IMG/VR virus record: IMGVR_UViG_3300045016_000140
Location: 1 to 64,000 of that record
Origin: a virus
DNA: 64,000 nucleotides
Strand: one strand, 5' to 3'
The position numbers and the translations under genes were made by a program. Positions 19,363-28,393 of the stretch are shown here, piece by piece. The stretch's first letter is position 1, and every line of letters begins with the position of its first letter. The notes below the pieces were generated by a model that was not told the origin of the DNA, ran no database searches, and worked only from the letters and a program-made list of their open reading frames with translations.

Positions 19363-21105
19363 ATGAATGAAACTTCAAACGCCCCACTAATTGATTTTAG
19401 TGGGGCGTTTTCATATCCGAAAACAACATGGGTGAATATCAAATGCGTGAAATGCGACATTGTGCAGTATCGTAAGATAACATCTGTCCGTAGCAATCTT
19501 AAAAGGAATAGTAATCAATATATATGTCATAAGTGTGCCATCACAGATCCAGAATATGTTCAAAATAATTTGATCAAACATCCTAAGACTGGTAGCAAAT
19601 GGGATTCTAAGATAGATGTTGTCTGTTCTGGGTGTCAGAAGAAGTATAAGATTACTTATCGTGGGTATATGCAAGCTGGCGGGAATGGGAAAGTCAGGTG
19701 TAGGTCTTGTGCAAATTCCGAGGCGCATGCTTCTGGGAAGTTTAATATATATGACGAGGATTTCAAGAATAAGTTGAAGGAGAATAGTGAAAAGTTCTGG
19801 GACGAGAATAGGGGTAGGTGGCGGCAGAAGATGGGGCATATGTTTGACAGCGAAGAATATAAGAGATTAATGAGTGAATATGGTAAGAAGCCGTGGTCTG
19901 ACCCAATATATCGTGAGAAGATGTTGCAGTTATGCGATAACCCGGAACATAGAGCTATGATTAGTGAACGATTTAAAAAGATGTGGGCAGACACTAAATT
20001 TCGCGATAGGATGATGAAACTATATGGCACTAGTGAATGGCGTAAGACAGTAAGTGATGCCGGAAAAATTCCTTGGAGCAACCCAGAATTTAGGGCTATG
20101 AAGATTAGAACTGCTTCTGATGACGGGAAGAGAGCTTGGCTTGTCCCAGGTTTTCGTGAGAAGATGGCCATTGTTCGATCTCAGCAGCCTAGATGTTCTA
20201 GTTTGCAGCTGACGTTATATTCTATTTTGGATGATTTAGGCGTTAAACATTATAGGGAGTATATGGATAAGCCAGCGGATAAGGAATGTATTATTGGGCC
20301 GTGGACGTTCGATAGTGTGGTCATTCGGCCTGGGCAGAAAGATTTATTAATTGATGTGAATGATGAGTATTGGCATGGTAGTCCTAAGGTTATAGCCAAA
20401 GATGCGGCTAAGGCTTCTTATGTCGCCAATAATTTATCTCATAAGTATGAGCTAAAGTATTTGTGGGGTAACGATTTTATTCAGAAGGATAAGGTTGTTG
20501 AAACCATTAAATATTGGCTTGGCATCACTAAGATGCAGGCTATTGATTTTGATTTCAAGACAGTGGCGATTAAGCCATCGCCGTCTAAGGATTATAAGCC
20601 GTTGCTGGCTAAGTATCATTATCTTCCGAATGCTGGTAGAGGTGGGATTGTATATGGTGGATATATCGGGGAGGTTTTAGTGTCTGCTTGCGTGTTTTCA
20701 CCTCTTATTCGTCAAAATATTCATGATAAGCTTGGGTGTGCATATTCTGAGGCTTGCGAATTATCTAGGTTATGTGTTCATCCGATGTACCAGAAGCATA
20801 ATTTTGCCTCTTGGTTTGTGAGTAGGTGCATTAAGTCATTGCCCAAGAAGTATAGAGTTGTTGTATCGTATTGTGATACTACTTTTAATCATAACGGAGC
20901 TGTATATAAGGCTTGTAATTTTGAATATGCTGGTGAGATTAAGCCTGATTATTGGTATGTCGACGCTGATGGTTGGACTATGCATAAGCGGACTTTATAT
21001 GGCCGGGCTGTGAAGTTGAGGATATCTGAGGCTGATTTTGCCAAGAAGTATGGCTATATTAAGGTATATGGTGGTAAGAAGTTGAGGTTTATTTATCGGA
21101 GATGA
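19363..21105 (+). CDS. Homing-endonuclease-like mosaic: Zn fingers, helical repeats, Vsr/PD-(D/E)xK-like domain and Mom-like GNAT domain
   Basis: Several CxxC pairs; W..PE(F/Y)R repeats; WTFD...LIDVNDEYWH; KYHYL...ELSRLCVHP...VVSYCDTTFNHNGAVYKACNF...PDYWY. Confidence 0.75.
   Translation: MNETSNAPLIDFSGAFSYPKTTWVNIKCVKCDIVQYRKITSVRSNLKRNSNQYICHKCAITDPEYVQNNLIKHPKTGSKWDSKIDVVCSGCQKKYKITYRGYMQAGGNGKVRCRSCANSEAHASGKFNIYDEDFKNKLKENSEKFWDENRGRWRQKMGHMFDSEEYKRLMSEYGKKPWSDPIYREKMLQLCDNPEHRAMISERFKKMWADTKFRDRMMKLYGTSEWRKTVSDAGKIPWSNPEFRAMKIRTASDDGKRAWLVPGFREKMAIVRSQQPRCSSLQLTLYSILDDLGVKHYREYMDKPADKECIIGPWTFDSVVIRPGQKDLLIDVNDEYWHGSPKVIAKDAAKASYVANNLSHKYELKYLWGNDFIQKDKVVETIKYWLGITKMQAIDFDFKTVAIKPSPSKDYKPLLAKYHYLPNAGRGGIVYGGYIGEVLVSACVFSPLIRQNIHDKLGCAYSEACELSRLCVHPMYQKHNFASWFVSRCIKSLPKKYRVVVSYCDTTFNHNGAVYKACNFEYAGEIKPDYWYVDADGWTMHKRTLYGRAVKLRISEADFAKKYGYIKVYGGKKLRFIYRR
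19377..19411. terminator. Intrinsic (possibly bidirectional) terminator after the sheath gene
   Basis: Perfect 14-bp stem aaacgccccactaa/ttagtggggcgttt with 6-nt loop. Confidence 0.8.
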
Positions 21106-21142
21106 CCTGGTTCGCTAGTTTGTAATTCAAAATAGATGGTCT

Positions 21143-21595
21143 GTGGAGCGTAGTATGAATGATGCCCTGGTTGCTAATGCCATTTTTGGATCGGTTGACA
21201 ATCTGCGGCTGCTTCTGGTCAAGAGGTTGGAAATTGCTCGAGCAAAGGTGAAGCTACTTCCTCAGCAGTTAGAAGATCGTTGTCAGATGGGCACACAGGG
21301 CTTACCTTCGTGGTCAGAACTTCAGGCGCGACCTGAATTGCTCGACAGTGAAATGCTTTCACGCTTGCTGGCTGGGTTGCATTGCGGGTTGGACGAGTTG
21401 CTCGGCGGCGAAATTTCGGCTTATCTGGCTTTTAACATAGTGGGATCTGGGGCATTGCCTAGGCCACTTTTCATTCTTATGCAATTGATTGAAGAGCTCG
21501 ATGCTCGGGCCGTCCCGCGATCACGATTGCGTCAATGGTGGGATTGTCAGGTGGCTAATGTTCATCGATGGCTGGGTAGACCTCGATGGAGGTAA
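21143..21595 (+). CDS. XRE-family HTH-like protein (divergent)
   Basis: RLEIARAKVKLLPQQLEDRC...LSRLLAGLHCGLDELLG resembles an HTH_3 fold; GC-richer than its neighbours. Confidence 0.45.
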   Translation: MERSMNDALVANAIFGSVDNLRLLLVKRLEIARAKVKLLPQQLEDRCQMGTQGLPSWSELQARPELLDSEMLSRLLAGLHCGLDELLGGEISAYLAFNIVGSGALPRPLFILMQLIEELDARAVPRSRLRQWWDCQVANVHRWLGRPRWR

Positions 21596-21650
21596 TTATT
21601 GGTCGTCTGATTCGTCAGCCTGTGGTCTAGCCTGCGATATTAGTTTTGGA

Positions 21651-21773
21651 CACCTTTGGCTAGAAATAGAATCAACCATAATTAAAAGTCTAGAATATGC
21701 ATATTATTACGCTCGATCGAGATATTTTGGATGCCCTTGGCCAGAAGCAGAACTAATTATAGCTCAAAACTAA
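21651..21773 (+). pseudogene. Remnant 3' end of a 26-aa-repeat gene paralogue
   Basis: Reads HLWLEIESTIIKSLEYAYYYA...CPWPEAELIIAQN*. Confidence 0.7.
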
Positions 21774-21781
21774 AGGTAAGG

Positions 21782-21837
21782 TTAATCAAACCTAATGTAT
21801 GAGACTCACCTCCCTATACCTCGAAGCCATAAACTAT
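21782..21837 (+). repeat. Direct repeat copy 1 (upstream motif + first 13 codons)
   Basis: Matches 23204-23260 with about 7 differences. Confidence 0.85.
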
Positions 21838-23207
21838 ACATCGCACAAACCACAACTAGATTCACTAGCCAAACAATTTGGCAAAACCCCACAAGAAATA
21901 ATTGTATTAGTAGAACCCATCACGGATGTTGTAAGATATGTAGAATGGATACTTAGACAACTCAAAACGCACATAATTAGACTCCCAGAAGACACAGATA
22001 GGATTAAACAACTATTAATAGATTTTGATCATTATAAATCTATAGGTTCAGCCAACATTAATAAAGATATAGGATCCTATAAAACCATCCATGACCTAGA
22101 AACCGTAATCGATAAACTCAAAGGTGTAGATCTTAAAGGTCGGGCAGAAACACGCCAAGAGTATCGAGCGGGAACACAATGGGTCAACGAAAGCCAAAAC
22201 TACAAAATTCTCAAAATCACAACACCCGAGGCTGCCGCCCACTACGCCACAAATACTAAATGGTGTACAAGCAAACTAGAGACAGCAAAAAATACCTTGA
22301 GAGAGGACCACTCTACATAATCTTTAAAAAATTAGACGGAAAACTTGAGAAACTTTACCAATACACACATAATTATTCACGATTTATGGATATACTAGAT
22401 AGGTCAATACGGCCAGATGAAGAAATACAGCAATTAATCAAACCACCGCTAAGCTCCGAACCAGTAATTCTAGTTGGATTTTGTGTGCTTATAGATTCTC
22501 GTTGGCTCGAGGCAGAATCAATCATAGCTAAAGACCCAATATCGGCATACTATTATGCTCTAGATATCTTAGAACGTCCCTGGCCAGAAGCAGAACCAAT
22601 CATAGCTAAAAACCCAAAATGCGCACACCATTACGCTATGTATGTCTTGAAACGTTCCTGGCCAGAAGCAGAACCATACATAGCTCAGAATCCATTCTGG
22701 GCATACCATTATATTTCGGATGTCTTGAAACGTCCTTGGCCCGAAGCAGAACCAACCATAGCTCAAAATCCAGAATGTGCATACCATTATGCTCAGAATA
22801 TCTTGAAAGAGCGTTTCTCTGAAGCAGAATCAACTATAGCTCAAGACGCATACTTTGCATACCATTATGCCAAAGATATCTTGAAAGGACGTTTCCACGA
22901 AGCAGAACCATATATAGCCAAGGATCCGGAATGGGCGTACTGGTATGTCCGAGATGTCTTGAAACGTCCCTGGCCAGAAGCAGAACCATACATAGCTAAA
23001 GACCCAGAATGGGCATACTATTATGCTCAAGATGTCTTGAAACGTCCCTGGCCAGAAGCAGAACCATACATAGCTAAAGACCCAGAATGGGCATACTATT
23101 ATGCTCAAGATGTCTTGAAACGTCCCTGGCCAGAAGCAGAACCAACCATAGCTAAAGATCTAAAATGTTGGACTCAATATAAACAACGTTTTAATATCGA
23201 AAATTAA
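21799..23207 (+). CDS. WCT-motif phage protein with nine 26-aa C-terminal repeats, split by a -1 frameshift at an A6 tract (ORFs 21799..22320 and 22260..23207)
   Basis: Joined reading TKWCTSKLETAKKYLERGPLYII parallels TTWCT...HYLSTGSGPLYLI in the intact paralogue 53627..54775. Confidence 0.8.
22497..23204 (+). repeat. 78-bp coding tandem repeat, 9 units (consensus RPWPEAEPYIAKDPEWAYYYAQDVLK)
   Basis: tggccagaagcagaacca recurs at 78-bp spacing; units 7 and 8 are identical. Confidence 0.95.
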
Positions 23208-23260
23208 TCAAACCTAAATATATGAAACTCACCCCCTTATGCCTTGAAGCCATAAACTAT
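23204..23260 (+). repeat. Direct repeat copy 2 (abortive gene start MKLTPLCLEAINY*)
   Basis: Matches 21782-21837. Confidence 0.85.
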
Positions 23261-23439
23261 TGATTGTCTAGCTCGCCAGCTTGTGATATCAATTTTTGTA
23301 TACTTTTTATGGAGTCTGGATATGTTATCCAGCCTACGATTATTTCGGCGTCATGTTTTGATAGGGTTGGGCCAACTATATTTCCATCGAATGTAATTAC
23401 ATACTCGTCACCATCCCAATGTACCGCTTCTATTTTCAT
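23257..23439 (-). CDS. Small hypothetical protein
   Basis: 60 aa, abuts the rmlB stop. Confidence 0.6.
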   Translation of the reverse strand: MKIEAVHWDGDEYVITFDGNIVGPTLSKHDAEIIVGWITYPDSIKSIQKLISQAGELDNQ

Positions 23440-23440
23440 G

Positions 23441-24451
23441 TTAACCTTGAGGTTTGTAGTCGCGGTATTCGCCGCTCTTTATGCGCTGCCACCATGGTTG
23501 GTTGTCGACATACCATTTGATAGTTCGTGCGAGGGCATTTGGCCATTGGGATCTAGTTGGGCTCCATTTGAGTTCGCGTTCGATTTTACTGATGTCCGAG
23601 GCGTATCTCAGGTCATGTCCTGGCCTATCGGGCACCATTTGAACCATGCTTTCATCTTTGCCCATGATGTTTAGGATTTCGTGAACGAGTTGTAAGTTTG
23701 AGCGTTCATTATTTCCACCAATGTTGTATGTTTCACCGGCTTTGCCGTGCTCCATTACTGCCAAAATGGCTTCGGCGTGGTCATCAACATATATCCAATC
23801 TCTCACGTTTTTGCCATCGCCATATAGCGGTATCTTTTTGCCTTCAATTAGGTTGGTTACGAATAATGGTATTGCTTTCTCGGGGAATTGATATGGCCCG
23901 AAGTTGTTTGCGCATCTGGTTACGCAGATGTTCATTCCATATGTGTTGTGGTACGCCCTGGCGAGCATATCTCCGGCAGCTTTGGTGACAGCATATGGGT
24001 TGCGGGGGTTAAGCGGAGTTTGCTCGTTGAATTTGACGAATGAATTATCTAGGTCAAGAGAGCCATAGACTTCATCACTGCTTACGTATACGAATCTGCA
24101 AGAATTGTCTTTTACGGATCTCCAAGCGTCGAGCAGGCATTGTGTGCCGAGCACGTTGGTTTCGACGAATGGTCTAGAGTCTACTATGGATCTGTCGACG
24201 TGACTTTCGGCGGCCAGATGTATGATGGCGTCACATTCTCCGACTATTGATTTAACCAGATTATATTCGTTGATGTTGCCATATACGAATTTGTATTTGG
24301 GGACTTTGACTAGGTTGGCTAGGTTTTCGGCGTTCCCGGAATATGTTAGGGCATCCAGGTTGATTATCTTATGTTGTGGTCGATTTCTAATTATAAATTT
24401 TATTAGGTTTGAGCCTATGAAGCCACAACCGCCTGTTATTAGTATTTTCAT
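23441..24451 (-). CDS. rmlB: dTDP-glucose 4,6-dehydratase
   Basis: TGGCGFIGSN, DALTYSGN, HLAAESHVDRS, SSDEVYG, YAVTK, GPYQFPEK, RDWIYV, DRPGHD.RY. Confidence 0.95.
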   Translation of the reverse strand: MKILITGGCGFIGSNLIKFIIRNRPQHKIINLDALTYSGNAENLANLVKVPKYKFVYGNINEYNLVKSIVGECDAIIHLAAESHVDRSIVDSRPFVETNVLGTQCLLDAWRSVKDNSCRFVYVSSDEVYGSLDLDNSFVKFNEQTPLNPRNPYAVTKAAGDMLARAYHNTYGMNICVTRCANNFGPYQFPEKAIPLFVTNLIEGKKIPLYGDGKNVRDWIYVDDHAEAILAVMEHGKAGETYNIGGNNERSNLQLVHEILNIMGKDESMVQMVPDRPGHDLRYASDISKIERELKWSPTRSQWPNALARTIKWYVDNQPWWQRIKSGEYRDYKPQG

Positions 24452-24466
24452 ATAATTATGTACTTG

Positions 24467-25063
24467 TTAGGTGTTTAAGTTGCTTATGGTTTCTAGTGTT
24501 TTAGGATTTATTCCTTGATTTTTTAATGTGTTGGCTATGTTTTTGTCGTTTATTGGCAACGCTTTTTGCCATATTTTAACATATAATTGCATTATCTGGG
24601 CTATTTCTTGCTTTTGGATGTCGAGCGTCACGTCTTCCCAGGTAGAGTTTGTGAAGTTACGGCCTCCAGTTATCCCTAGGGCTTCGCCTGGGCCATATAG
24701 CGCTATGAAGCATTTGAGGTGCATGTTTGCGGTATATTTCCATTGATAGTTTGGCCATTTTTCGGCGTGGTTTATCAATCGGATTAGTTGTTTTGTATAG
24801 TTGATCTCGCATGATTGGCAGTTTCTTTTATTGCATGACGCATAGTCATTGATTCCGACCAGAATTTGGACTTCTGTGGTTTTCGGTATGGCTTCTAATA
24901 TCTTACCTATATCGTTGGTATATTTTTGGCCCCATTCGTTTGTGTAGCGTCCGTCCGGGAGTATTCCGGCGTATACTCCATATGTGGCTATATATATTTT
25001 AGCCGGTTTTTGCTGGATGAGGGCGTGGATGCGGTCTGTGTGGTCTTTGAGCGTTAGGTACAT
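24467..25063 (-). CDS. Phospholipase D/Nuc-like (HxK) domain protein
   Basis: MHLKCFI...GITGGRNFT. Confidence 0.65.
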   Translation of the reverse strand: MYLTLKDHTDRIHALIQQKPAKIYIATYGVYAGILPDGRYTNEWGQKYTNDIGKILEAIPKTTEVQILVGINDYASCNKRNCQSCEINYTKQLIRLINHAEKWPNYQWKYTANMHLKCFIALYGPGEALGITGGRNFTNSTWEDVTLDIQKQEIAQIMQLYVKIWQKALPINDKNIANTLKNQGINPKTLETISNLNT

Positions 25064-25141
25064 GGCTGTTTGTGCAAATACTTTGAGGCTTGGAAAATCC
25101 CAGCAAATATAGAGTAGTTGTAAGCTTTAAAGGAGCAATCT

Positions 25142-25732
25142 ATGCCAGGCTTTTCAATCAATGGCATCAATGATGCTAATTATGCTAGTGGCGAATCGAC
25201 TATGACGAATAAGGTTGAGCCACGGCGTACACATAGGTGGTATTTTGAAACTATTGGTCTGTCTCCTGGTAATGTTGTGTCTTTACGTGGTGTGTCTGCA
25301 TGGGATAAGAGCATTCAGGTTGTATTGAAATCAGCTGCCAGGCCTTCATTTACGCTTGAAGAGACTGTGATGCATCACAATCAGGAGCAAGTGTATTTTG
25401 CCGGTAAGCAGTCATGGGATGCCATTACGCTTACGTGGTATGATATTGAGCAGCCGCCCGATGTCAGCAAGGCTATGTGGTATTGGATTAATAGCATTAC
25501 CAATATTAATGCTGTTCAGGTGCATTTGCCATCGCTTTATAAGATTGACGCTCGATTAGCTATGGTCACTGGTGAAGGCGCGGTCAACGAGCGATGGAAT
25601 TTGTATGGTTCCTGGCCTCAGACATCGAACTGGCAGGCTTTGGACTACACGAATAATGAGATTCAGACGATTGAGGTTAAGCTGCGGTATGATCGTGCTG
25701 AACGCGATCAGACCGTTGGCGTTTCCAAGTAA
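25142..25732 (+). CDS. Tail tube protein (gp19-like)
   Basis: EPRRTHRW, AARPSF, FAGKQSWDAIT.T.YD, W.LYGSWP, LDY, LRYDRA; AAGGAG SD. Confidence 0.9.
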   Translation: MPGFSINGINDANYASGESTMTNKVEPRRTHRWYFETIGLSPGNVVSLRGVSAWDKSIQVVLKSAARPSFTLEETVMHHNQEQVYFAGKQSWDAITLTWYDIEQPPDVSKAMWYWINSITNINAVQVHLPSLYKIDARLAMVTGEGAVNERWNLYGSWPQTSNWQALDYTNNEIQTIEVKLRYDRAERDQTVGVSK

Positions 25733-25734
25733 AT

Positions 25735-26442
25735 ATGCCCGGTTTTAGCATAACTAATGACGAGATAGATAAAGGTCCGTCTAACCGTACGGAAATTGTT
25801 AGATCGCACCGATGGCGCATCACTATATTTGGGTTGTCAACTGAATCTCTCGTTAACGATATGTTTAGCTTCTTTGTGCAATCAGTGACTAGACCATCAT
25901 TTGAGTTAGATAAAATTGTAGTGCATCAACAGCAGCAAGAAATATATCTTCCTGGCAAGGTCAGATGGAGCCCTATAACAATAAAATATTATGAGCCCAT
26001 GTATAATGCTGGCCTAGCTAATGTTAACCAAACTTCTAGTGGATGCCCTTTGACTGGTACGTTGAGTACTTGGTTTGACAAGATAGTGAATGGTTATAAT
26101 TATATTTTACAGCGGAACAAAAAGAGCATAGACATAGTTGGTGGTGGGTATAAGAAACATGTTAGAGTTGATTTGCTAGATGGCGAGGGTGACAGTTATT
26201 ATTATTATAAGTTATTTGGCGCATGGCCCATTAAGATTGAGCCGTCAGAATTAAATTATACGAGCAGTGAATTATCAAGCGTTGTTGTCACTTTATCATA
26301 TGATTGGGCCATTGAATGGTCGATTAAGCCTGAAAATCCTAGGTCAACGTGGTCAATACATGAAACTGTAAAAAATAAGGAAGTTGAGGATTTGATTGAA
26401 GTTGAGCATCAGCGGAATATAGCTAATTTTACTGCTTTTTGA
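25735..26442 (+). CDS. Tail tube-like paralogue 2
   Basis: MPGF.I start, RPSF, PGKVRWSPITIKYYE, LFGAWP, LNY, LSYDWA. Confidence 0.8.
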   Translation: MPGFSITNDEIDKGPSNRTEIVRSHRWRITIFGLSTESLVNDMFSFFVQSVTRPSFELDKIVVHQQQQEIYLPGKVRWSPITIKYYEPMYNAGLANVNQTSSGCPLTGTLSTWFDKIVNGYNYILQRNKKSIDIVGGGYKKHVRVDLLDGEGDSYYYYKLFGAWPIKIEPSELNYTSSELSSVVVTLSYDWAIEWSIKPENPRSTWSIHETVKNKEVEDLIEVEHQRNIANFTAF

Positions 26443-26449
26443 GGTGTTT

Positions 26450-27142
26450 ATGCCAGGGTTTCATATAGGTACTGATAGGGATATACCTCACGGCCCAGCC
26501 AATTTTGGCGATGGCATGCGCGATTGGCGATTGATGCCGCCTTTGACCGAAGGATATGACGCCATATATACATATACATGGGATGTGTCACAAATACCAT
26601 TTGATGTCAGTACGGCCAGTAATCAACAAACAATGAATATGGATATGTTGCGTAAGGTTTATCTTAGAGATTGTACATTGCCAGAGTATACCATTGACGA
26701 GGAAATTTATCAATCACCAAGTACTAAATATAAGTATGCTAAGGGTATAACATGGTCAGATGTGAAGATAACATATTATGATACGTTTGGATTATATTTA
26801 TATTTGGATAATTTAAAAAGTAAAGTTTGGACTCCGGCATATGGCGTCAAACCAGCGGTTGAATATAAATTTGAATCCGTCATTAATGTCTATATAGCGG
26901 ATGCAATTGAAGCTTTTAGGTGGACGTTAGTAAATAGCTGGGTAAAGTCTATATCGTGGGCTGATTTAACATATGTTAGCAGCGACATGCATATGGTAAC
27001 CATAACATTGGCATATGATTGGGCCATATTAACTGGCGATAATGGTATACCATCCGCAACACCAGCAACGGCATTAACGCCGGTGGTGGTTCCGCCAATG
27101 GCAATTCCGCCGCGAACCAGGCAGGTTCCTACGATGTTTTAG
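26450..27142 (+). CDS. Tail tube-like paralogue 3
   Basis: MPGF.I start, TLPEY, WSDVKITYYD, LAYDWA. Confidence 0.75.
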   Translation: MPGFHIGTDRDIPHGPANFGDGMRDWRLMPPLTEGYDAIYTYTWDVSQIPFDVSTASNQQTMNMDMLRKVYLRDCTLPEYTIDEEIYQSPSTKYKYAKGITWSDVKITYYDTFGLYLYLDNLKSKVWTPAYGVKPAVEYKFESVINVYIADAIEAFRWTLVNSWVKSISWADLTYVSSDMHMVTITLAYDWAILTGDNGIPSATPATALTPVVVPPMAIPPRTRQVPTMF

Positions 27143-27199
27143 AATTGGTGTGGTAAATAATTTCGACACATTGTGCACGTTAATGGTAAAGGTAAACCA

Positions 27200-28117
27200 A
27201 TGGCCAATGAAAAAGAAATCCCTGTCGACCCACTGGCTCCAGTGAATGCTCCCAAAATCGCATTGCCGCCTGGCGCGTTGACGCCGCAGCAGATATTTGA
27301 TAAAATTCAAACTAGCAAGGAGGAATTAATTCCGTGGGAGGAAGTAACCCTACCAAGTTTGGGGTTGTATTATGGAGGCGCATTGCCGGACGGTAAGGTT
27401 TACGTTCGAGCCATGTCAATGCAAGATGATAAAGTATTTGCTACCCAGCGATTGGCACAATCTGGGCAGACTATAGATTATATTCTTAGGCATTGTGTTA
27501 AATTGCCGGATGGATTTGATACGGCCAATATGATAATTGGTGACCGGCATTTCCTTCTATTTTATCTGAGAGGAATTACATACGGTAATGAATACGAGTT
27601 TGCCGTAAAGTGTCCCGATGCTGATTGTGGGGCTTCGTCAGTTCACAAGTATGATTTGAATAATTTGGCGCAGAAAATACGCAGGGCGAAGCGTGAATTG
27701 GGTCCTGAGCCATTTAGGGTGCTTATGCCGTTTATGTCGGAGCAGTTTAAACAAGAGGTGTGGGTTAGCGTTCGGTTTTTCCGCGGTGGCGATATAACGG
27801 CTGCGATGAACAAGCAGAGGAATGTACGTCGCGTTGGTGGGCGTGTGGGCGTTAATGAGTTGGTGGCTGAGAATATTGCCATGGCGATTGTCGACTTCAT
27901 GGGCGAGAAAAAGGACGCCGCTTCTATTCGCAATATGGTTGATAATTTGCATGGCATTGATAGCGCTACTTTGAGGCAGTTTTTTAACGATTATGCTCCT
28001 GGCATTGACACAATAATCGATCTCGAGTGCCCAACTTGCGGCAATCAGTTTAGGGTTGATTTACCAATCACTGAAAACTTTTTTCGATCAAGTGGAGCCC
28101 GAAGAGCTGGAGAATAG
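27200..28117 (+). CDS. Baseplate hub / tail assembly chaperone (T4 gp26-like)
   Basis: VTLPSLG.YY, GDR.FLL.YLR...YG, two CxxC-type Zn sites, PGID, ends ITENFFR. Confidence 0.8.
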   Translation: MANEKEIPVDPLAPVNAPKIALPPGALTPQQIFDKIQTSKEELIPWEEVTLPSLGLYYGGALPDGKVYVRAMSMQDDKVFATQRLAQSGQTIDYILRHCVKLPDGFDTANMIIGDRHFLLFYLRGITYGNEYEFAVKCPDADCGASSVHKYDLNNLAQKIRRAKRELGPEPFRVLMPFMSEQFKQEVWVSVRFFRGGDITAAMNKQRNVRRVGGRVGVNELVAENIAMAIVDFMGEKKDAASIRNMVDNLHGIDSATLRQFFNDYAPGIDTIIDLECPTCGNQFRVDLPITENFFRSSGARRAGE

Positions 28118-28379
28118 ATGGAAAGCTCTGATGGAAGAATGCTTCCAGCTTCACACATTTTGCAAGTTCAGTTATTCTGAAATATTATTTATGATGCCGC
28201 ACGAAGAACGAAGATGGTGGTTAGAAAGATACCAGAAACATTTTGAGGAAGAGGAAAAGAAAGCTAAGGGCTCTCACACTCCTGGGTTGCCACCCATGCC
28301 ACGTATGCCTTCGACGCCCTCAATGCCTTCGGTGCCTTCAATGCCAAGCGCGCCCAAGCCACCCATCTTACGTAGATAG
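28080..28379 (+). CDS. Small assembly protein (gp51-like), possibly reached by a +1 frameshift; alternative ATG at 28131
   Basis: EECFQL...FSYSEILFMMPHEERRWWL motif; +1 frame open across TTT TTT CGA. Confidence 0.6.
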   Translation, partial: FFDQVEPEELENRWKALMEECFQLHTFCKFSYSEILFMMPHEERRWWLERYQKHFEEEEKKAKGSHTPGLPPMPRMPSTPSMPSVPSMPSAPKPPILRR

Positions 28380-28393
28380 GTCAAAAATATTGT

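Noticed and set aside
22497-23204. 78-bp repeats as a CRISPR array or DGR template/variable pair
   Set aside because: In-frame coding units with no spacers; no reverse transcriptase in the window; differences are not adenine-specific.
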